Below are positions 27,005-32,079 of a stretch of DNA of 32,079 nucleotides, piece after piece; position 1 is the first letter of the stretch, and every line of letters starts with the position of its first letter. The position numbers were made by a program, and so were the translations under genes. The stretch comes from a virus. The notes below the pieces were generated by a model. The model worked only from the letters and a program-made list of their open reading frames with translations. It searched no databases and had not been told where the DNA came from. The stretch lies in IMG/VR virus record IMGVR_UViG_3300045988_103181, positions 1-32,079 of that record; one strand, 5' to 3'.

Positions 27005-27188
27005 TAGTTTTAATAGAAAAATAGAAAGAGAAAAAGAAAAGCAAAAATTAAAAGAAATACACAATACATACAATAGAAAGCCTAAAGAAATATGCCCTAA
27101 GTGTCATAAAAAAAGTTTATTTATGACTAACAGTAAAAATGAAGTATATTGTATACGATGTAATAATTTAGTTGCAATAAAGAAATAA
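26997..27188 (+). CDS. small zinc-ribbon protein (CPKC...CIRC)
   Basis: 63-aa basic protein with CxxC...CxxC spacing. Confidence 0.4.
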   Translation: MSNSFNRKIEREKEKQKLKEIHNTYNRKPKEICPKCHKKSLFMTNSKNEVYCIRCNNLVAIKK

Positions 27189-27200
27189 TTATGCTATAAT
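27172..27200 (+). promoter_or_regulatory. sigma-A promoter: TTGCAA, 17 bp, TGcTATAAT, followed by a 180-nt leader
   Basis: Read directly from the sequence. It shares the 16-mer ATAATTATGCTATAAT with the promoter at 1937. Confidence 0.6.
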
Positions 27201-27379
27201 AGGAAGTGGAAAAGTAGGAGAACAAGCAAAAACTAAAAATATTATTTTCTTATAGACATTATTCATTCCTTTCAGAGATATAAAATGTTTGTTCCCCAAT
27301 AAAATATTCTTTTATGAAATTATGGGTTTGCCTTTAGTGTGTTTGATAATTTCTAACTTTTTTAGAATTGGAGGATAAA

Positions 27380-27850
27380 ATGAAATATGAATTTATTAAA
27401 ATTGACTTAGATACTTATAAATTAGTTTATACTAGCAAAGATAAAAAAGAAGTATCTATTGAGTTCAAAAGAACAATTGAAATGGCTGAAAAACTGCAAG
27501 GAATAGTAGCAACTGCAAGACTTAATATGTATAAAGAATTAAGCAAACAAGGAATAACAAAAAATGACCTTATAATTAAAAAAGATGATGGAAAAGGTCA
27601 TATAACTTATGATGAAACTAACTATCAAGAATATGAAAAATTTTATATTCAATTAGAAGAGGCTATCATATTAAATGAAATGATAGAAAAATTATTTGGC
27701 AAGAACATAAAAGATTTATTTGATGATATGGGTATTGATAATATACCGGAAGCAGAACAACCTATGCAATTACAATTATTTAGTTCTAAATTAGGACAGA
27801 TTATTAACAAAGGACTAGATGATACTCCCAGTGAGGGAAATAAAGAATAA
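27380..27850 (+). CDS. hypothetical protein
   Basis: The track ORF starts at a TTG at 27368. The ATG at 27380 lies 5 nt after a GGAGG RBS. Confidence 0.45.
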   Translation: MKYEFIKIDLDTYKLVYTSKDKKEVSIEFKRTIEMAEKLQGIVATARLNMYKELSKQGITKNDLIIKKDDGKGHITYDETNYQEYEKFYIQLEEAIILNEMIEKLFGKNIKDLFDDMGIDNIPEAEQPMQLQLFSSKLGQIINKGLDDTPSEGNKE

Positions 27851-28208
27851 TTATAGCAAAAAAATAAGCAATAAAACAATATTTTGCTTTGCTTATCAAG
27901 AGGACTTAGACCAAGCCTATGCTTTTTATTGTAGTAGATATGAAAACATCTCATATAAAGAGTTTATGCAATTAGGGTTATTTGAATTTAAAAAGAAATT
28001 AGGGAGTGTACCTAAGACCGAACCTTTGTATGATATTATAAAATCAAGAACAATAAACATAGCAAGCATAAAAGATAAAGAAGAGCGGAAATATTGGAGA
28101 GAGTTAAGAAGAATTAATCAGATACCTCAAATATTTATACCTACAAAAGAAGTATTTGATAATTTAAAAGGAAGATTAAAAGAAACAAGTCAATTAGGAG
28201 GAAAATAA
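27819..28208 (+). CDS. hypothetical protein (start uncertain)
   Basis: 129-aa ORF. Confidence 0.3.
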   Translation: MILPVREIKNNYSKKISNKTIFCFAYQEDLDQAYAFYCSRYENISYKEFMQLGLFEFKKKLGSVPKTEPLYDIIKSRTINIASIKDKEERKYWRELRRINQIPQIFIPTKEVFDNLKGRLKETSQLGGK

Positions 28209-28453
28209 TGAAACATATTAATATTACAAATGCTGATATAGTTAAACAAATGACTGATGAACAAAAACACAATTTAGCAAATATTTGTATTGTAAATAAA
28301 ACAGAACCAGAAGAAGTTATTTCACTTATTAAAAATGTTGCAAATACAACCATAAATTTTGCAATAGATATATGTAATAATTATTTTAAAAGTCCTATTG
28401 GCAAAGAATATTTAAAAATGAGGGAAAATATAGAAAGAATAGGAGAAAAATAA
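28208..28453 (+). CDS. hypothetical protein
   Basis: 81-aa ORF with a GGAGG RBS. Confidence 0.4.
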   Translation: MKHINITNADIVKQMTDEQKHNLANICIVNKTEPEEVISLIKNVANTTINFAIDICNNYFKSPIGKEYLKMRENIERIGEK

Positions 28454-28455
28454 AA

Positions 28456-28869
28456 ATGGAAAAAGATTTAATTAAGTTTAATAAAAATATAACAAAGGTA
28501 ACAAAGGAAATAACAAAATATGAAGATGAAAAAGGAAATTATATGTTAATACCTACTGGACAATTATTATGTAATATAGAATATATGGAATTAGATGAAA
28601 TAAGTTATAAAAAAGCATTATTTGAAATGATAATTGATAAGGATGTTGAATATAATAAAATTACAATTACTAAGCCTGTAGATAAATATACTAAAACTAA
28701 AAACGAAAAGGACAAAGGTACTATCATAGATGCTGAAGTAGAAGTATCACAAGTATGGGTAGTTAAAAATGGTTTAGGTTTAACAAAGGCTTTTGCCAAT
28801 AAAGAAAAAGCCTTATCTTATGTAGAAGAAATCAATAATAAATATTTAGAAATGGCAGAGGTGAAATAA
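28456..28869 (+). CDS. hypothetical protein
   Basis: 137-aa ORF. Confidence 0.4.
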   Translation: MEKDLIKFNKNITKVTKEITKYEDEKGNYMLIPTGQLLCNIEYMELDEISYKKALFEMIIDKDVEYNKITITKPVDKYTKTKNEKDKGTIIDAEVEVSQVWVVKNGLGLTKAFANKEKALSYVEEINNKYLEMAEVK

Positions 28870-29093
28870 TGATTAAGGTATATAAAGAAAACAAAAGATT
28901 AAAAGAAGAAATGGAAGAATTACAAGCACGATATGATAGAATATGTAAAGCAGATAGAGCGGAAATATCTAATTTAAGTTATTATAATGACAGAATTAAC
29001 GAGTTAGAAAAAGAAATAAACAAACTAAAAAAAGAATTAACTGAATCATATGAAAAGAATTATGAATTAGCAAAAAAACTTAATAAAGAGTAA
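28869..29093 (+). CDS. hypothetical coiled-coil protein
   Basis: 74-aa ORF. Confidence 0.35.
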   Translation: MIKVYKENKRLKEEMEELQARYDRICKADRAEISNLSYYNDRINELEKEINKLKKELTESYEKNYELAKKLNKE

Positions 29094-29133
29094 TTATGAA
29101 AGATTAAAAGATATAATTAAGTAGGTGGTATAA

Positions 29134-29817
29134 ATGGAAATAGTATATAAAAAGGTAAATGATTTAATACCATACATAAACAATTCAAGAACTCATAGCG
29201 AAGAACAAATAAATCAAATAGTGGCAAGTATAAATGAGTTTGGCTTTACAGACCCACCATATAATATTGCTTATCAAGGTGTTAATGATAAAAGAACCAT
29301 TAAAAATGACAAAATGGAAGATGATGAATTTATAGATTTTCTTCAACAATCACTTATGGTATGTGATACTACTTATGTATGTTGCAGTTGGCAGTATGAA
29401 CATTTATTTAAAAAGGCTATGACTAATTTAGGAATGCCACCTAAAGCAATGATTGTATGGAATAAAGTTAATCCTGCTCAACATTTAGATAAATATTTTA
29501 AGCAACATGAAATAATATTTTATTATGGAAAGTTTGGTGGAGAAAAAACTTTAAGGGGAGATATATGGGAATGTAAAAGACAAAAAAATACAATACACCC
29601 CACTATGAAACCTCTTGAATTAATAGGAATGGCTTTAGAAGATAATCCAAATAAAAAGATAGTGTATGATGGATTTGGAGGTAGTGGTTCGACATTAATT
29701 GCTTGTGAACAATTAAATAGAAATTGTTATATGATGGAACTTGACCCTAAATATATCGATGTAATAATAAAACGATGGGAAGAATTTACTGGTAAAAAGG
29801 CAATTAAGTTAAATTAA
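29134..29817 (+). CDS. DNA methyltransferase, N6_N4_Mtase family (beta class: motif IV DPPY upstream of motif I FGGSGST), with ParB-like N-terminal motif
   Basis: DPPYN near residue 40 and FGGSGS near residue 185. The N-terminal 40 aa (VNDLIPYINNSRTHSEEQINQIVASINEFGF) resemble a ParB N-terminal box. Confidence 0.7.
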   Translation: MEIVYKKVNDLIPYINNSRTHSEEQINQIVASINEFGFTDPPYNIAYQGVNDKRTIKNDKMEDDEFIDFLQQSLMVCDTTYVCCSWQYEHLFKKAMTNLGMPPKAMIVWNKVNPAQHLDKYFKQHEIIFYYGKFGGEKTLRGDIWECKRQKNTIHPTMKPLELIGMALEDNPNKKIVYDGFGGSGSTLIACEQLNRNCYMMELDPKYIDVIIKRWEEFTGKKAIKLN

Positions 29818-29830
29818 AGGAAGTGATATT

Positions 29831-30217
29831 ATGGTAAAAGGAGATACACCAGCACAAGATAAAATTGATAAGAAACAATTTGAAAATTTATGTGGGCTTC
29901 AATGTACTTTATTAGAAATATGTGATTTCTTTGATGTTGAAGATGACACCTTAAATAGTTGGTGCAAGAAAACTTATGGAACTACATTTTCGGAAGTATT
30001 CAAGATAAAAAGAGGCAAAGGGCAAATATCACTTCGTAGAACTCAATGGAAATTAGCTGAAAAAAATCCTACAATGGCAATATTTTTAGGTAAACAATAT
30101 CTAGGACAAACTGATAAAGTTGAAACAACTGGAGAAATAAAAACTACTCCAACAATAAAATTAGAAGTAGTAGATAATAGTAAATTGGAGAGTGTGTTAT
30201 ATGATAATAAAGAATAA
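29831..30217 (+). CDS. terS: terminase small subunit (HTH type)
   Basis: LCGLQCTLLEICDFFDVEDDTLNSWCKKTYGTTFSEVF...GKGQISLRRTQWKLAEKNPTMAIFLGKQYLGQTDK matches, from memory, the conserved pattern of a Firmicutes phage terS family. RBS AAGGAAG. Confidence 0.6.
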   Translation: MVKGDTPAQDKIDKKQFENLCGLQCTLLEICDFFDVEDDTLNSWCKKTYGTTFSEVFKIKRGKGQISLRRTQWKLAEKNPTMAIFLGKQYLGQTDKVETTGEIKTTPTIKLEVVDNSKLESVLYDNKE

Positions 30218-30443
30218 TAAAAAATGTAATATCAAAATAAATGATAAAAATATAGAGCCTTGCAAATATTGTAATGATGAGCCAAAAATTATAAGACCAG
30301 AAAACTTTTTTAATAATCATTTAAATTTTCAAATATTTAATAGATATATATGTTTAATTGATTATAAATATAAGATTGATGAAAAATTTGAAATAAATTA
30401 TTGTCCTATGTGTGGGAGGAAGTTAAATGATAATAAAGAATAA
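30192..30443 (+). CDS. small zinc-ribbon protein (CKYC...CPMC)
   Basis: 83-aa ORF with CxxC...CxxC spacing. Confidence 0.35.
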   Translation: MCYMIIKNNKKCNIKINDKNIEPCKYCNDEPKIIRPENFFNNHLNFQIFNRYICLIDYKYKIDEKFEINYCPMCGRKLNDNKE

Positions 30444-30768
30444 ATACCACAACAAAAAAGTTACCTATAAAGGAATAAAGTTTGATAGTAAAAAAGAAAT
30501 GCAGAGATATAAAGACCTTGAATTATTAGAGAGTACTGATTATATATGTAATCTAGAACTGCAAAAAAAGTTCTTACTTCAAGAAGGATACACAAATGCT
30601 AAAGGTAAAAAAATAAGACCTATTTACTACATGGCAGACTTTTACTACTATGATTATATTGATAATAAATGGGTGGTAGAAGACACCAAAGGAGTTAGAA
30701 CAGAAGTTTATAAATTAAAGAAGAAATTATTTGAATATAAATATAATTTGACAATAGATGAATTATAA
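30427..30768 (+). CDS. DUF1064-family phage protein
   Basis: YHNKKVTYKGIKFDSKKEMQRYKDLELLE...LELQKKFLL...IRPIYYMADFYYYD...VVEDTKGVRTEVYKLKKKLF matches the DUF1064 pattern as I recall it. Confidence 0.55.
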   Translation: MIIKNKYHNKKVTYKGIKFDSKKEMQRYKDLELLESTDYICNLELQKKFLLQEGYTNAKGKKIRPIYYMADFYYYDYIDNKWVVEDTKGVRTEVYKLKKKLFEYKYNLTIDEL

Positions 30769-30769
30769 A

Positions 30770-31375
30770 AATCTGGGGGCTACTCTGGGAGACCTTATGA
30801 GTAGATAATAGGCTGTCAACCTAAAATTGAATGGTGGTTCGAGCCCACCCACTTGCTAAAGACATAATAATTAAGTATAATTTGACACATTTGAAAGATT
30901 ATTATTGTTGATAGTGTATGTGAAGTGTATTTGGATAACATACCCCCGCCATAAATGAATTATAATATTATGATATAATTAAATCGTGGGAAGCATACGC
31001 ACCATAAGAGTATGCAGGATAACTAGGAGTGAGGTGGGCTAGGTTATCAATTATTAATAAACAAAAGGATAATTTATAGGTAGTATACTGATGATGTATG
31101 CCCACTAATTTAATTAGGAGGACTTAATCGCTTATAAACGACTAGTTATATCATCAGTATAGTACTTATAAGTATAAAAGACTTAAAGAACCGATGCCTG
31201 ACTATGGTTTAGGGTGTCAGTAAACATTTATAAGTACTACTAAACCAAACCCCTTTATAAGTACTGCTATTAAGCAGTACACTGATAATATGCAAGTGTA
31301 GGTTAGGTTCGCCAATGCGGTACTATATTTCTAACAGGCTAACTACTTTAGAAAACTAGACATATTATTAGTGTA
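30770..31375. other. 606-bp ORF-free structured non-coding region (candidate cos/pac site and/or structured RNA)
   Basis: Stops in all six frames across a region of an otherwise gene-dense genome. It contains a GC-rich T-arm-like hairpin GGTGGTTCGAGCCCACC, a perfect 9-bp hairpin AGTACTGCT-ATTA-AGCAGTACT, direct repeats TTTATAAGTACT x2, and a long-range inverted repeat ATACTGATGAT/ATCATCAGTAT. Confidence 0.5.
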
Positions 31376-31414
31376 GTGTTTAATAACACTGGAAAGAAAA
31401 AGGAGGTGTCAGAA

Positions 31415-31657
31415 ATGGCAAAAAAAAGTAACACTGGAAAGAAAAAGGTTGATGTTATTAGTTTAGATAATAAGCCGGTTAATCCACAAGTTCAAGAGGA
31501 AAAAGTAGAAGTACCTACTAAGTTTGTTAAGGCTATGCCTAACATTCCGAAAACAGCGGAAAGTAAAATCAAATTAAATAATGGAAGAGTATATAAAGAC
31601 TTAGGCAATGGCTATGGTATGTATTCTGACAATGGGCAAGTATTTAGACTTAAATAG
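31415..31657 (+). CDS. hypothetical lysine-rich protein
   Basis: The track ORF is 31376..31657. The ATG at 31415 lies 7 nt after an AAGGAGGTG RBS. Confidence 0.4.
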   Translation: MAKKSNTGKKKVDVISLDNKPVNPQVQEEKVEVPTKFVKAMPNIPKTAESKIKLNNGRVYKDLGNGYGMYSDNGQVFRLK

Positions 31658-31666
31658 GAGGTAAAT

Positions 31667-31903
31667 ATGGAGTTTATTAAATTGAGAGAAGATAGATATT
31701 TAATCAAAGACAGCAATGGCTTGATTGTATCTAACGAAGAGAAACTAAAATTAGAAAAGAAAGAATTAATCATTAAAGATATAGAAAGTAATGAGTGTCA
31801 AGGAAAGACTACTCAGAGAATTGAAGAAATAGATAGGGAGTTGGAAAATGGAAACAAGTCTAAATCTAACACTATCAAAAAAGCAAAGTCAACTACTAAA
31901 TGA
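31667..31903 (+). CDS. hypothetical protein immediately upstream of and overlapping the terL start
   Basis: 78-aa ORF with a GGAGG RBS. It overlaps the terL start by 56 nt in a different frame. Confidence 0.4.
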   Translation: MEFIKLREDRYLIKDSNGLIVSNEEKLKLEKKELIIKDIESNECQGKTTQRIEEIDRELENGNKSKSNTIKKAKSTTK

Positions 31904-32079
31904 TATAATTAGCCCTAATCTAACTGAAATATATGTATTAGGAAGCACGCAGAGTGGCAAGACCTTTGATATATGTTTAGGGTGTATCTTATATGCACAA
32001 GCCCTGTATAATTATAATCCAAATGAAACTTATTTCGGTTCTATAACCGGTTGGAGTTTAGAGACATTAAAAGGTAATA
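31848..32079 (+). CDS. terL: terminase large subunit, N-terminal part (continues at base 1 across the circular junction)
   Basis: Translates METSLNLTLSKKQSQLLNDIISPNLTEIYVLGSTQSGKTFDICLGCILYAQALYNYNPNETYFGS..., with Walker A GSTQSGKT. A GGGAG RBS lies 7 nt upstream, and the frame is continuous with 1..1200. Confidence 0.85.
   Translation, partial: METSLNLTLSKKQSQLLNDIISPNLTEIYVLGSTQSGKTFDICLGCILYAQALYNYNPNETYFGSITGWSLETLKGN
32025..32079. repeat. 55-bp terminal direct repeat identical to bases 1-55 (assembly overlap of a circular molecule)
   Basis: Exact 55/55 identity read directly. Unique genome length is 32,024 bp. Confidence 0.9.

Noticed and set aside
30833-30857. Possible tRNA gene (T-arm GGTGG-TTCGAGC-CCACC followed by CACTTGC)
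   Set aside because: No complementary 5' acceptor strand, anticodon arm or D-arm can be built in the upstream 60-90 nt on either strand, so it is kept only as a structural element of the non-coding region.
30776-30860. tmRNA-like 5' end (GGGGCT...) combined with the T-arm-like hairpin
   Set aside because: No tag-peptide reading frame or resume codon, no pseudoknots, and the 5' GGGGC does not pair with sequence after the T-arm.
31384-31448. CRISPR array
   Set aside because: Only two copies of a 20-bp repeat with a 25-bp spacer. No further repeats and no cas genes.
1-32079. Lysogeny module (integrase, CI-like repressor, attP) or plasmid partition genes
   Set aside because: Searched for by motif and not recognised. 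The only ParB-like signal is the 40-aa N-terminus of the methyltransferase.

Overview
This window looks like a complete, circularly closed dsDNA tailed-phage genome of about 32,024 bp. Bases 1-55 are identical to bases 32025-32079, a 55-bp terminal overlap. The sequence is very AT-rich, as expected for a low-GC Firmicutes (Clostridia-like) host. Every convincing gene is on the + strand, and the reverse-strand ORFs in the track are nested inside strong + strand genes. I did not recognise an integrase, repressor or any other lysogeny-module protein among the ORFs; many small early ORFs remain unassigned.

Reading around the circle, the gene order is:
- terS at 29831-30217.
- A roughly 1.6-kb insert: a zinc-ribbon ORF, a DUF1064 gene, a 606-bp ORF-free structured region and two small ORFs.
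- terL, which spans the window junction (31848-32079 continuing into 1-1200).
- An HNH homing endonuclease.
- Head genes: portal, SPP1 gp7/Mu F-like minor head protein, scaffold, major capsid protein with a C-terminal Ig-like domain, connector, head closure and head-tail joining proteins.
- Tail genes: major tail protein, tape measure protein, Dit-like and Tal-like proteins, tail fibre.
- Lysis cassette: a BhlA-like holin, a holin, and an amidase_2 endolysin.
- An early region with many small ORFs, a membrane-anchored glucosaminidase-like hydrolase, ribbon-helix-helix and AbrB-like regulators, a DnaD-like replisome organiser with internal iterons, a G39P-like helicase loader, ERF with a nuclease, a second HNH, and a beta-class DNA methyltransferase.

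The main discovery is a 314-nt ORF-less group I self-splicing intron that splits the tape measure gene at 9125-9438. It has the canonical R and S core elements with a complementary P7 pairing, a U immediately before the 5' splice site and a terminal G. Splicing restores the conserved ...AKQNYT-M-LDNLKLGYGGTKTEMERLL motif and recreates an ATG codon across the junction.

Other notable signals are the 606-bp ORF-free structured region upstream of terL, five near-consensus sigma-A promoters (TTGACA, 17-18 bp, TGnTATAAT), the absence of tail-chaperone genes between the major tail and tape measure genes, iteron-like repeats inside the replication gene, and an 18-bp perfect palindrome ahead of the lysis cassette.
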